From an uncultured Chloroflexia bacterium (lineage in GTDB: Bacteria; Chloroflexota; Limnocylindria; Limnocylindrales; CSP1-4): a stretch of 64,000 bases of DNA. The stretch lies in contig CAVVYR010000008.1 of the NCBI GenBank assembly GCA_963752475.1, forward strand, positions 256,001 to 320,000, read 5' to 3'. Below the pieces are notes generated by a model that saw only the letters and a list, made by a program, of their open reading frames with translations, searched no databases and had not been told where the DNA came from. This document shows, piece by piece, positions 18,374-28,686 of this stretch; the first letter of the stretch is position 1; each line of letters begins with the position of its first letter. Made by a program: the position numbers and the translations under genes.

Positions 18374-18928
18374 ATGGACCAGGAGCTCGTGGTCAAGGCG
18401 AAACAGGGTGATCAGCATGCGTTCGTAGCGCTGACCGCCACTGACTACCCCCGGCTGTTCCGGCTGGCCTTCGGAATCCTCCGAGACCACCAGGCGGCCG
18501 AGGACGCCACCCAGCAGGCCTACCTCGATATCTGGCGCAGCATCCGCCGACTGCGAGAGCCCGCGAAGTTCGAGGGTTGGTCCTACCGAGTGCTCGTCCA
18601 CGCGTGCTACGCCGAGGCCAAGCGAAGGCCAAGGTGGATCCCCCAGACGGAGATCCCGGTCGTGGGCGATCCGCGGGCGGCCCATGACTTCGCGGCGGTC
18701 CTCGACCGCGACGAGCTGGAGCGAGGCTTCCGGCACCTGACCGTCGACCACCGGGTCGTCATCGTCATGCACTACCTGCTCGATATGACGCTGCCCCAGG
18801 TGGCCGAGGTCCTCGACATCCCGCTGGGCACCGTCAGCTCCCGGCTGGACCGCGCCATGAAGTCGATGCGCGCCGCACTCGGCGTCGGGCCACAGGCGCA
18901 GCAGGTCCCCCGGGTGGCCATGCGATGA
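18374..18928 (+). CDS. ECF sigma-70 factor (copy 2)
   Basis: MDQELVVKAKQGDQHAF, AEDATQ, LREPAKFEGW, LDIPLGTVSSRLDRA. Confidence 0.93.
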   Translation: MDQELVVKAKQGDQHAFVALTATDYPRLFRLAFGILRDHQAAEDATQQAYLDIWRSIRRLREPAKFEGWSYRVLVHACYAEAKRRPRWIPQTEIPVVGDPRAAHDFAAVLDRDELERGFRHLTVDHRVVIVMHYLLDMTLPQVAEVLDIPLGTVSSRLDRAMKSMRAALGVGPQAQQVPRVAMR

Positions 18929-20118
18929 ATGACCAGTTGCTGGGCCCGCTCGTCGAATCGTGGCTCAAGGACAGCGATAGCCCTCCGAGCGACGTCGGAC
19001 GCAGTACCGCTCAGATCGAGTCGCGCTTGCCGCGAACGCGTCAGTGGAGCCGCTGGTGGCCCGTGCCCTACCTCGAACGCCTGTCCGCACCGGCGACCGG
19101 ACGAACGCCGCCAGGAGGTTCCTCGATGTTCTCCGCAGTCAAGTTCATCGCCGCGGCCGTCATCGTGGCGCTGTTCGGCGGCTTCCTGCTTAGCGGCGTC
19201 CTCACCACGCAGCAGGACGACGAGGTCCTTCCGGCCTCGGTGACCGACTCGCCCTCGCCGACGACGATCGAAGAGACGGCATTCCCGACCGGCACATTCG
19301 AGTCCGAGGAGGGTGGCCTCACGCTCGAGTTCCGCGCCGACGGGACCTGCCGACGGGCGGAAGTGCCGTGCACCTACGGGGTCAAGGGGAGGTTCTTCTC
19401 GGAGATGACCTTCGAGGAGCCGACCGGGGCCCAGGTGCCGGCGACGTACTACTGGGACTACGACGGCGAGAGCCTGACGTTCGAGCCGTGGGGAGTCGAC
19501 AAACGGCCGGAGCGCAAGGACGTCTACTCGGGCCACGTCTACCGCCCGGTCGGCGAGACGCTTCCCCTGCGTGTGGCGGAGACCGACTTGCCGATCGGGA
19601 CGTGGTTCGTGTCGGCGAACGACGGCGGCACCCAGACGCTGCTCTTCCGTGAGGACGGCAAGTACATCGGGAGCGGAGGCGCAGATGCCACGTATGCCGT
19701 CAACGAAGACCTGCTCACGGGGATGGTGTTCCACCCCGGACCGGGTATCGAGTTGGTCCCGGCGACGTACTACTGGCACTGGGACGGCGAGCGGCTCCAG
19801 TTCCGCCTCTGGGGCGAGGACAGCAACCGGTGGAGGACTGCCATGTTCCTTGGCCGTGTCTTCATCAGGGACGAGACGCAACCCGCGCCCGGTAGCGAAC
19901 GGGTCGTCCTCCTGAGCCACCCGCAACTCGATGTCTGGGCCAGGGTCGAGATCCGTGAGGGTGACGACGGGCGCTACGAGGCGACCGCGACAAACGACAT
20001 CGACGGGGAGCCGCTGGGTGAGGGTGTCGGCGACACCCTGCAGGAGGCCGTGGAGGCCGCGCTCGAGTCCCTGGGCGAGCCGTACGCGAGCGACATGGCA
20101 GAGAGCGTGAAGGGCTAG
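18925..20118 (+). CDS. Anti-sigma-like TM protein with two repeated extracytoplasmic domains
   Basis: ATGA coupling to sigma; short N-domain, one TM, two 'PxG...DG...PATY.W.WDGE.L.F..WG.D' repeats. Confidence 0.85.
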   Translation: MNDQLLGPLVESWLKDSDSPPSDVGRSTAQIESRLPRTRQWSRWWPVPYLERLSAPATGRTPPGGSSMFSAVKFIAAAVIVALFGGFLLSGVLTTQQDDEVLPASVTDSPSPTTIEETAFPTGTFESEEGGLTLEFRADGTCRRAEVPCTYGVKGRFFSEMTFEEPTGAQVPATYYWDYDGESLTFEPWGVDKRPERKDVYSGHVYRPVGETLPLRVAETDLPIGTWFVSANDGGTQTLLFREDGKYIGSGGADATYAVNEDLLTGMVFHPGPGIELVPATYYWHWDGERLQFRLWGEDSNRWRTAMFLGRVFIRDETQPAPGSERVVLLSHPQLDVWARVEIREGDDGRYEATATNDIDGEPLGEGVGDTLQEAVEAALESLGEPYASDMAESVKG

Positions 20119-20142
20119 CGGACACGAGAGGGAGATCATCCC

Positions 20143-20535
20143 GTGCGTACATCGCGACACTGCCTGGTGGGGGCGTTCGTACTGGCGCTGGCAAGCGGGC
20201 TGGGCGGCGCAGCCGTGGCACAGGACGAGGCCCAAGTGGCCTTTCCGATCGGCCACCTAGAGCCCACCGACGGCCACCGGGAGTCGGTGCGGTTCGACGC
20301 GGACGGGACCTGTGCCTCGTTCGGTCCGGGCTGGGAGATGCCCTGCACCTACGCCATCAACGGAAATCTCTTCACCGAGACGTCCTACGAGGGCTCGATG
20401 AGATACAAGTTCCCGGCGACCTACCGCTGGGATTGGGACGGCGAGCGGCTCAGCTTCGAACCGTGGAGTCGAGACGACGTCGAGCCCAGAGTCGCGGCGT
20501 ACGCCGACCGCGTCTACGAAAGAGCCGAGGAGTAG
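20143..20535 (+). CDS. Secreted protein made of one copy of the anti-sigma repeat domain
   Basis: GGGAG SD, signal peptide (AVA-QD), FPIG...DGTC...PCTY...PATYRWDWDGERLSF. Confidence 0.82.
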   Translation: MRTSRHCLVGAFVLALASGLGGAAVAQDEAQVAFPIGHLEPTDGHRESVRFDADGTCASFGPGWEMPCTYAINGNLFTETSYEGSMRYKFPATYRWDWDGERLSFEPWSRDDVEPRVAAYADRVYERAEE

Positions 20536-20617
20536 ATCGTGTGCGGACGGCGACACGGCACCCAAGGCCCAATGTCGGGGCTCGAGGAGCACCCGCGAAC
20601 GCATAGGAGGATTCGAG

Positions 20618-21106
20618 ATGACCGGAACCATTCGACTGCTGCGTGTCCTGGTGACCACAGTCCTGACCGCGTCGCTGGCCGCTGGTGGAGCAGTGGCGGC
20701 CGGGACCGATGAGGCGGCCGTCCTCGAGGAGATGGTCGCGCTCGAGCAGAGCAAGCTCGACCCCTGGTATGGCAAGTCAGAGACCGAGGTCTACTTGAGC
20801 GAGGTCGGTGACGAGACGACGTACTTCAACGACGCCACGGGGGCGCTGCTGGAGGGCGAGGCAGTCCGGGACTGGCTGGCTGGCTTCGAGGGGCTCATCC
20901 CGCCCTTCGACTACGAGATCACCAACCCGTCGGTGGCCGTCCGGGGTGACGTCGTCATCTTCGCCTTCAACATCGATATGGCCGATCCCGAGACCGGCGA
21001 ACCGATGGGCCAATGGATGGTGACGAAGGTGCTCGAACGGACCGACGACGGCTGGGTGGCCATCCACGGGCACTTCGGCATGCCCACGCCCTTGCCCGAG
21101 GAGTAG
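20618..21106 (+). CDS. Secreted NTF2/SnoaL-like protein
   Basis: AGGAGG SD, signal peptide, VAVRGDVV...TKVLERTDDGWVAIHGH. Confidence 0.8.
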   Translation: MTGTIRLLRVLVTTVLTASLAAGGAVAAGTDEAAVLEEMVALEQSKLDPWYGKSETEVYLSEVGDETTYFNDATGALLEGEAVRDWLAGFEGLIPPFDYEITNPSVAVRGDVVIFAFNIDMADPETGEPMGQWMVTKVLERTDDGWVAIHGHFGMPTPLPEE

Positions 21107-21142
21107 CCGGCTGAGTCGCCGCATCGCGGCCCCGGCTACAAG

Positions 21143-21172
21143 CGAGGCTCGTCCTGTCAGGGGCGGGCCTCG
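21143..21172. terminator. Hairpin between convergent genes
   Basis: CGAGGCTCGTCC/GGGCGGGCCTCG stem with G-U pairs. Confidence 0.5.
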
Positions 21173-21194
21173 TATCATGTGCGACACGAGGAGG

Positions 21195-21210
21195 TGGCGC
21201 CCCCTTGGGG
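21195..21210. repeat. Collapsed copy of the tRNA-Glu-3'-end (att-like) repeat
   Basis: TGGCGCCCCCTTGGGG equals the 31479 copy minus AAGTGGTC. Confidence 0.5.
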
Positions 21211-21363
21211 TCCCTTCCTTGACGACCAGAGGGCCGTCGAATTCGGTGGAGTCCCGCCACCGCGAACGGCATTTCGGCCACGCCCTTGACCCCAGGAGCC
21301 GCGAGCGTGAGGGCTGCGTAACCCGCTCGCTGGTACGCGGGGACCTACGGCGTCTTGCCGGAG

Positions 21364-22656
21364 CTAGCCGCCGTACCCCATCAGCCGGGGCACGAACAGG
21401 ACGATGTCCGGGAACAGGATCAGGATGATCAGGGCCACGATCATGATGCCGAGGAAGGGCCAGATCTCCCTGATCACATCCTTCAGCGCGGTCCGGGTCG
21501 TGCTCGACACGATGAAGAGCAGCACGCCGAAGGGTGGCGTCGAGAGCCCGATCATCATGTTGAGCACGATGACCACCCCGAAGTGGACCGGGTCGATGCC
21601 CACGAGCCGCATGATCGGAAGCACTACCGGGATCATGATCAGCAGCAGCACCATCGTGTCCAGGAACATGCCCATCACCAGGAAGAGCAGGTTGATGAGG
21701 ATGAGCAGGACCAGTGGATCCTGGGACAGCGAGAGGATGGCGTCGGCGAAGGCGCGAGGGATACCCTCGATGGCCACGGCGTAGTTGATGATGAACGCGC
21801 CACCCACGATGAGCCCCACGGTCGCCGACTGCCGCACGGTCGTCTGGAACATCGAGAAGAACCCGCTCGGTCCCAAGGCCCGATAGACGATGAACGCCAG
21901 CACCAGCGCGTACATCGAGGCCACGGCGGCAGCCTCGGTCGGCGTGAACACGCCGCTGTAGATCCCGCCCAGCAGGATCACCGGGGTCAGCAGGGCCGGG
22001 ACCGCGACCAGGAACCGACCCGCGGCCTGGCCCAGACCCGGCCACATCTCCCGCGGGTAGCCGCGTCGCTTGGCGATGAAGAAGATCAGCACCATCTGCA
22101 TCCCGGCGAGGAAGAGTCCCGGGAGCATCCCCGCCGCGAAGAGCATGCCCACGCTGGTGGCGCTGAGATAAGCGTAGATGACCATGGGGATGCTGGGCGG
22201 GATGATGGGCCCGATGGTGGACGTCGCCGCGGTCGTGGCACACGCGAAGTCCTTGGGATAGCCACCGTTGGCCATGGCCTTGATCTCGACCAGGCCGGTC
22301 CCGCTCGCATCGGCGACGGCGCTGCCGCTCATGCCGCTGAAGATGACGCTGTTGACCACGTTCACCTGCGCCAGGCCACCAGGCATCCGTCCCACGACGG
22401 CATGGGCGAAGTGGAAGATCTTCTCGGTCACCGTGGAGTCGTTCATGATCTGCGCCATGAAGATGAACAGGGGCACGGCCAGCAGCACGAACTTGGAGTA
22501 GAGACCGTTCATCGTGACCTGCGCGAAGAGCCCCAGATCGGTTCCGCTGGCGACGAGGTAGACGATGCCCGCGGCCATCATCCCGTAGGCCAGCGGGATA
22601 CGGATCAGGAACGCGGTGATGAAGACCAGCAGCAGCAGGGCGAAGGCGACGCTCAT
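21364..22656 (-). CDS. dctM: TRAP transporter large permease
   Basis: LLAVPLF, FSGMSGSAVADA, GPIIPPSI, FTPTEAA, DPVHFG, TPPFG. Confidence 0.95.
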   Translation of the reverse strand: MSVAFALLLLVFITAFLIRIPLAYGMMAAGIVYLVASGTDLGLFAQVTMNGLYSKFVLLAVPLFIFMAQIMNDSTVTEKIFHFAHAVVGRMPGGLAQVNVVNSVIFSGMSGSAVADASGTGLVEIKAMANGGYPKDFACATTAATSTIGPIIPPSIPMVIYAYLSATSVGMLFAAGMLPGLFLAGMQMVLIFFIAKRRGYPREMWPGLGQAAGRFLVAVPALLTPVILLGGIYSGVFTPTEAAAVASMYALVLAFIVYRALGPSGFFSMFQTTVRQSATVGLIVGGAFIINYAVAIEGIPRAFADAILSLSQDPLVLLILINLLFLVMGMFLDTMVLLLIMIPVVLPIMRLVGIDPVHFGVVIVLNMMIGLSTPPFGVLLFIVSSTTRTALKDVIREIWPFLGIMIVALIILILFPDIVLFVPRLMGYGG

Positions 22657-23249
22657 GTGGACCCGGCCTCGCCCGACCGCTCACGAGCGATGTCACGGAC
22701 GTCCCTGATCAGCAGGCGCCCACGGTGGAAGACGGTCGCGGCCAGGAACCAGAGGACCACCGCGAAGGCCCAGTTGAACTTGAGCGGCAGACCCGTGACG
22801 GAGTCCTCGCCGATGAAGACGAGGTATTCCCAGGTCGCCGGGATGGGCAGCGCGAAGGTGACGACCAGCAGCAGGTTGCCGACCATCCTCGACACGCGTT
22901 GCCAGCGCGGTGACATCCGTCGGTAGAGCAGATCGAACTGGATGTGTTCATCGGCCCAATTGGGTAGACCGGCCGCGATGAGGACGGTCCAGATGAAGGC
23001 GATGGCGGCCGCGTTGACCGTCCAGATGAGGGGGTCGTTCAGGACATAGCGCCAGAACACGCCGACCAGGATCGACGCGAACATGATGGTGAAGAAGACC
23101 ATGGCGACGATCTCCTCGACCCGCTCCACGCGGGTCGTGGTTCGCGGCTCGTCGCCGGGCCAATCAAGAAGATCGCCGGTATCCGGAGGTTTCGTGCCGA
23201 GGCGGACCTCGGAAACGAACCTGGAGACCGGCGATCTCCGCTGTGTCAC
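22653..23249 (-). CDS. dctQ: TRAP transporter small permease
   Basis: Four TM, VFWRYVLNDPLIW, HIQFDLL; between dctP and dctM. Confidence 0.9.
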   Translation of the reverse strand: MTQRRSPVSRFVSEVRLGTKPPDTGDLLDWPGDEPRTTTRVERVEEIVAMVFFTIMFASILVGVFWRYVLNDPLIWTVNAAAIAFIWTVLIAAGLPNWADEHIQFDLLYRRMSPRWQRVSRMVGNLLLVVTFALPIPATWEYLVFIGEDSVTGLPLKFNWAFAVVLWFLAATVFHRGRLLIRDVRDIARERSGEAGST

Positions 23250-23271
23250 AGGTAGAGCCTGGCGTCAGCGC

Positions 23272-24273
23272 CTAGCCGGCCAGCTCCTGGATGAGGTCGT
23301 AGTGCCCCTCCATGAAGGTGGAGGTCAGCTCCTCGTTGCTGAGCAGCTCATCGAGCACGTGCGTGCGGAACGCGTCGCGGTCGGGCTCATAGACGGCCAG
23401 CCCCTCCTCCTCGAAGAAGGACACCAGGTCGGCCTCGGCCTGGAGCGCGATATCGGTCGCGTATGCGCGAGCCTCGAGCCAGGCGTCCATGACCAGGCCC
23501 TGCTGCTCCTCGCTGAGCGACTGCCAGATCTCCTCGTTGACCGTGGGCCAGACGTCGTTGACCAGGTGGCCGGTCAGGACGATCTGGTCGGTGACCTCGT
23601 AGAACTTGGCGTTGAAGTTCGTCGGCAGCGGGTTGTCCTGGCCGTCGACCGTGCCGGTCTGCAGCGCCAGGTAGAGCTCACCGAAGGCGATCGGGGTGGG
23701 GTTCGCGCCGAGGGCCTCGCCCATGGCGATCCAGCTCGGTGAGTCGGGGACGCGGAGCTTGACGCCCTCGAGGTCGGCCGGCGTCATGATCTCGCCCACG
23801 TCCTTGAGGTTCAGCTGCCGCGTACCGAGGTAGATCGAGGTCAGCGGGCGGACACCGGCCTCCTCGACCGCGGCACCGAAGATGTCCTGGCCGACCTGGC
23901 CGTCCATCACCTCGTACAGGTGGTCGACGTCCGTGATCATGTAGGGCACGCCCACGATGCTGGCCGCGGGCACGCGCTCCGAGAGCCACTGCGAGCTGGT
24001 GTAGGCCATGGCGATGTCGCCACGGAGCAGAGCGGTCTGCTCGGCGTTCTGGTCGAACAGGCTGCCGCTGTCGAAGACCTCGATCTGGATCGAGCCATCA
24101 CTCGCTGCCTCTACGAGTTCCTCGAACTTGTAGATGGCCTTGGTGTGATGGTCATCCGGCACGCTCTGGGTCGAGAACTGGAGCGTGACCTCATCCTGGG
24201 CTGTGACGCTCGCGATAGGTGCCGCGGTCAACGCCAACGCCACCGCGACGGCCAGTGTCCCTGTCCTTCTCAT
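23272..24273 (-). CDS. dctP: TRAP transporter substrate-binding protein
   Basis: Signal peptide; DLEGVKLRVP, LGANPTP, ELYLALQTGTVDGQDNP, KFYEV. Confidence 0.95.
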   Translation of the reverse strand: MRRTGTLAVAVALALTAAPIASVTAQDEVTLQFSTQSVPDDHHTKAIYKFEELVEAASDGSIQIEVFDSGSLFDQNAEQTALLRGDIAMAYTSSQWLSERVPAASIVGVPYMITDVDHLYEVMDGQVGQDIFGAAVEEAGVRPLTSIYLGTRQLNLKDVGEIMTPADLEGVKLRVPDSPSWIAMGEALGANPTPIAFGELYLALQTGTVDGQDNPLPTNFNAKFYEVTDQIVLTGHLVNDVWPTVNEEIWQSLSEEQQGLVMDAWLEARAYATDIALQAEADLVSFFEEEGLAVYEPDRDAFRTHVLDELLSNEELTSTFMEGHYDLIQELAG

Positions 24274-24423
24274 TCGAAGACCCTCCTCCAGATTGCTACC
24301 TGGAGCCCGCACCTCTTCCGGTCAGGCTCCGGCTGACTTGGATGAGTTACCGTGATGAGCATATCCGACGCGGACCGGTCGGCCTTGACGATTCCGAACC
24401 GGGCCCTAAGGGAGGCCAAGGGC

Positions 24424-25335
24424 ATGGGATACGACCGAGAGACCGGCTGGACGGCATCGTTCCAGGGTGTCGTGGCGGCCCCTCTGACACCCCTCGGGGA
24501 CCGCGGCGAGCTGCGCCCGGATCTGGTTCGGCCGATGGTCGAGTTCCTGCTCGACGGTGGCGTCAGCGCGCTCATGGTCGGCGGCACCACGGCCGAGTTC
24601 ATCACCCTCGATCTCGACGAGCGCCGCGCTCTGCTGGAGGCCTACGTCCAGGCGGTGGATGGTCGCATCCCGGTGATCGCACACGTCGGCGATGTCGACC
24701 GGCACAAGGCAGCCGCTCTGGCGGTCCACGCTCAGGATGTCGGGGCTGACGGCACGACCGCCATCACGCCCTACTACCACCGTGTCAGTGAGCCAGCCAT
24801 CAGGGACTACTTCCACCAGCTGGCGCTGGCCACCCCGGAGCTGCCGTTCTTCGTCTACAACTACCCCGACGCGACCGGCGCAACCGTCTCGTTCGACCTG
24901 TTCAGCTCGCTGCTGGAGCTTCCGAATGTCGCGGGTGTCAAGCACTCGGTGGGCACGTTCGAGGAGCTCGAGCCATACCTCTCGCTGCCCGCGCATCTCT
25001 GTGTCATGGCTGGGAACGACTCGCTCTCGCGGCAGTTCCTGCGCTCGGGCGGCCGAGCCATCGTCTCCGGCAACGCCGCGGCCTTCCCAGACGTCATGAG
25101 CCAGCTCGTCGCGGCGGTGCTCGCGGACCCGGATGCCGACACGGACGAACTCATGGCCAGGGTCGATGTCGTCGTGGCGCTCGGCCGGTCGGGTGCGCCG
25201 GACCGCCTGCGCGAGCTCCTGACGATGCGCGGGATCGAAGTCGGTCGGTCGAGGCTCGCGACGTACCTCCCGGATGAGATCACCAAGGCCGATGCGACCA
25301 TGGCTCGTGACCTCGTTGCGGAGCTCGCCGGCTAG
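24424..25335 (+). CDS. DapA/NAL-family class I aldolase
   Basis: GTTAE, GRIPVIAHVG, ITPYY, YNYP, GVKHS (Schiff-base Lys); GGGAGG SD. Confidence 0.9.
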   Translation: MGYDRETGWTASFQGVVAAPLTPLGDRGELRPDLVRPMVEFLLDGGVSALMVGGTTAEFITLDLDERRALLEAYVQAVDGRIPVIAHVGDVDRHKAAALAVHAQDVGADGTTAITPYYHRVSEPAIRDYFHQLALATPELPFFVYNYPDATGATVSFDLFSSLLELPNVAGVKHSVGTFEELEPYLSLPAHLCVMAGNDSLSRQFLRSGGRAIVSGNAAAFPDVMSQLVAAVLADPDADTDELMARVDVVVALGRSGAPDRLRELLTMRGIEVGRSRLATYLPDEITKADATMARDLVAELAG

Positions 25336-25417
25336 CCTCCTGCAGGCTGAGTCGGCGATACCCAGCCGGCCAGCAACAGCGGGTATCTCCATGGAGACCC
25401 CGATCCGCTCGCCCGAC

Positions 25418-27112
25418 TCACCCGGTCCCGAACAGCTCCTCGCCGGTGACCTCGGCCAAGGATTGGCCATCGGTGTCGTAGCGACGGATGACCACGCGGT
25501 CGAGGTCGATCTCGAAGGCATCGCCATACGGCCAGGCGCTGAGCCATGCCCCGGAGTCACTCGCGGTCTCCACGTGGGAGTAGCAGTCCGTGGCAGCCTC
25601 ACTGCAGGCGAAGGCAAGCGCCGTACCGCCATCGAAGGGGACATAGGCGGCGAAGTCGTAGGTACCCTCGAGCAGCCCGCTCATCCAGACGCCATGGGAC
25701 ACCGGCCAGACGGATCCGATGACGGTCGCACCATCGGGTGGACCGACCCGACCGATGACCGCGCCCGAGGTCGGGTCGAACACGATGATCTTCCGAGCGG
25801 CGAGCTCGTCGTACAGCGCGACCGAGCCCTCGTGACCGGCCGAGAGCCGAAGGCGAGGCGTGACGTACGTGCCCTTCTTGGTGCGCGGCAGGTCGGCATC
25901 GAGCGGGATCTTACGCGGGGCCTTCCCACCCGGCTCGACGATGCCCAGCTGGAGTCGTCGCCGAGCACCGTCCTTCGCGCCCTTACGGGAGTAGAGGACC
26001 ACGAGCCCGTCGTCGGTTGGGGCGAGTGCGACGACCCGTGGGAGCACCGTGGCGAGGCTGCCGGACCAGCGGTCGAGACGGGCCAGCGACCAGTCGGCGT
26101 AGTACTCGAGGGTCCCTTGCGGGTCCGTCTTCTTCCACACGATCGCCCAGAGGTCCTCGCCCAGGGTGGCCGAATCGCTGACGAAGGTGGGCTTGCGGCC
26201 GGTCGCCACCGGATAGGCCTCGAGCTCGGCCGATCCATCGAGCGAAAGGCGGATGATGCACTCGAGCACAGGGGTCTCCCACTCGGCATCCACGATCGGG
26301 AGCCATGCGGCCCTACCGTCTGACTGCACGAGAGGCTTTCCGTCACGTCCTGGTGGACAGTCCGGATGGGCGACATCCCAGCGGTCGAGGATCTCGCCCG
26401 TCAGATGGTCGACGCGAGTCACGGTGTCGCTCTCGTTGAGCCAGAGGTCGCGAGCCGGTTCTTGCACGGGCGGTTCCGGAGAAGACGTGGGCTCCACGGG
26501 CGCGGGGGTGGCCGGCGGGGATGTCGGTGCGACGGGTGTCGCCGTGGCCGAGGCGACCTCGCCGCTCGGATCGACCCCAGCCTCGGAGTGGCGCGTCTCG
26601 TCGAGCAGCGCACTCAGCTTGTCGTCCCCGATCTGGAGGGCTTCGAAGGACAGATCGGAGCGGTGGAGGCGACCGTCGAGGACGCCCTCATCAGGACAGG
26701 CCTCCCAACTGTCTTCATCGGCTGGGTCATCGCTGAAGAGGTCGGCCTCCGACTCGTGTGCCCCCGTGCGGTGGAGGATGGCCGAACCGCCGAAGCAGCC
26801 CGCTCGACCCGGATCCGGATAGTGCTCGGTAGCAAAGGTGACGTCGACCCTGGCCCACTCACCCTCATCGTTTCGATCGCCAGCAGCCAACCAGCCGCTG
26901 CCGGTCAGCGTGTCGCCATCGAACTTGAACGTGACCTTGGAGGAGTCGAATCCGTGCTGCTCATCGAAGGACCCGGTGGCATACCACGAGGCCTGACCGC
27001 CACCTTCGTCCGCGGCGAACGTGCTGCCGGTGACGGCGCAGACCAAGAGCGTCACCAACCCGAGACTTGCCCGCTCGCGGGGGCGAGCCCAAGACGACAG
27101 ACTCGATCTCAC
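25418..27112 (-). CDS. Secreted two-domain protein (N-domain, Pro/Thr linker, possible beta-propeller)
   Basis: GGAGG SD before GTG 27112, signal peptide, repeated LW/VW beta-blade-like segments. Confidence 0.72.
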   Translation of the reverse strand: MRSSLSSWARPRERASLGLVTLLVCAVTGSTFAADEGGGQASWYATGSFDEQHGFDSSKVTFKFDGDTLTGSGWLAAGDRNDEGEWARVDVTFATEHYPDPGRAGCFGGSAILHRTGAHESEADLFSDDPADEDSWEACPDEGVLDGRLHRSDLSFEALQIGDDKLSALLDETRHSEAGVDPSGEVASATATPVAPTSPPATPAPVEPTSSPEPPVQEPARDLWLNESDTVTRVDHLTGEILDRWDVAHPDCPPGRDGKPLVQSDGRAAWLPIVDAEWETPVLECIIRLSLDGSAELEAYPVATGRKPTFVSDSATLGEDLWAIVWKKTDPQGTLEYYADWSLARLDRWSGSLATVLPRVVALAPTDDGLVVLYSRKGAKDGARRRLQLGIVEPGGKAPRKIPLDADLPRTKKGTYVTPRLRLSAGHEGSVALYDELAARKIIVFDPTSGAVIGRVGPPDGATVIGSVWPVSHGVWMSGLLEGTYDFAAYVPFDGGTALAFACSEAATDCYSHVETASDSGAWLSAWPYGDAFEIDLDRVVIRRYDTDGQSLAEVTGEELFGTG

Positions 27113-27152
27113 AGCTGTTCCTCCATCCCTGGCCATCGGATCGTGCAGCACC

Positions 27153-28686
27153 TCACTCGGCCTTGATCTCCGCGATGAAGGGCAGGGCGCTGCCGTCCGA
27201 CCACCTGAATGCACCTTCGATGGCGCCGTCACGCAGGGTGGCCTCCCAGGTCCCTTCATCGCCGCCTTCTTCGACCTTCAGCTCGCAGGGCGCCCCCTCG
27301 CTCGGCGGAATCAGCGTGTCGAGACGCGCCGCGACCTGTGCCACACCACGCATCGTGTCGCGCGACAGCATCCCTGCGAAGCCCCCGTTGAACGTGATCT
27401 CCACGTGGGCCACCCAGACCGGACATCGCTCGAACTCCGTCGGGATCTCGGCCATGAGTGAGCCGGTCCCTTCGACATCCCCATCGCTGCTCAGTTTGAA
27501 GGCGATCCGGTTCTCGTTCAGCGTGCAGTCAGCCAGCCCGGCGATCTGGGTGCACGCGGTCCTGTCCCCGAAGTGGCCCCCGGCTACCTGGTCGGGCGCG
27601 TCGTAGGCCTCGAGCGCCGCGAGGAACTCTTTTTCGTAGGCATCGGCGGCGGCGTGCGTGCTCTCATCCTCCATTCCGGCAGCCACGTCGGAGCAGACCT
27701 TACGCAGGGGTACCGAGGTGATGTGGTCGCAGTACGAGCCGTCCTCCTGTTTCCTCGCCGCTCCCGCGAGGCACAGGTCACGCATCATCGGAGTGGGCAG
27801 CCCGTCGCAGAGCTGAAGAGCCTGCGACGAGGCGGTGGGATGTAGCAGGGCCATGAAGCCGCAGAGCTCGCGCAGGCCCTCGGGACTGGTGACGCCGTAC
27901 TGCATGTCGGGCTCGTCGAGGTTCATGCCCACGATCTCGTCACAGATCTCGAAGTCGGTCCAACCCTCGGGCGGCGGCATCATCGAGGCCAGGATGCAGC
28001 CGCTGCGCAATTCCGGGTGTTCGATCTCGCGGCAGAGGTACGGCGTGTCGTTCAGCCTGGCCGCCATACCCAGGCACATGTCGGCGCCGGTCAGGCGGCC
28101 GAAGCCCTCTTCGTCCAGGCTGATATCGCCCAGGTGACTGCAGTCACCCACATCGCCCGGGTCGGTCTCGATGTAGTAGTGGATACATGCGAGCGCGGAC
28201 TCCGGGTCGGGCAGGTCCCCACACCTGCGCGGATCGTCGTCGATCTGCGCCATGGCCGCGAAGCAGCTGGCGCGGATCTCGAGCGATCGGCAGATCGGCA
28301 CATAGGCCTGGATCGCCCAGGACGGTGGCCGCGGTGGCAAGGGCGACCTCGGCCTCGAGCGAGTCCGAGTCGGGGGCCGATGTCTCCTCGTCGAGGGCTT
28401 CGATGAGAGCCTCGAAGTGGGGCAACAACGCGTCGTGGTGCCTCACGATCGCCTCGGTCAGACACAGTGCGCTCGGCGTGGGGTCGAGCACGCTGTAGCT
28501 CTCGGAGCAGAGGCTCGCATCGGCGAAGTAGGCACCGATGACGACCTCGGGATCGCCGCTGTCAGCCCGTGAAGAGGACAGGCCTTCTGCTTCCGACTCG
28601 GTGGTCTGCGCCGTAACGGGCGCGGCGGTGAGCACCGTCATCACCGCCGCCATCGTGGTTGCCTTGACGAATCGCTGCAGATCCAT
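27153..28686 (-). pseudogene. Secreted Cys-repeat protein split by a frameshift near 28287
   Basis: Signal peptide in ORF 28144-28686; the C-x2-[LI]-x~8-C repeat continues in ORF 27153-28340. Confidence 0.72.
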
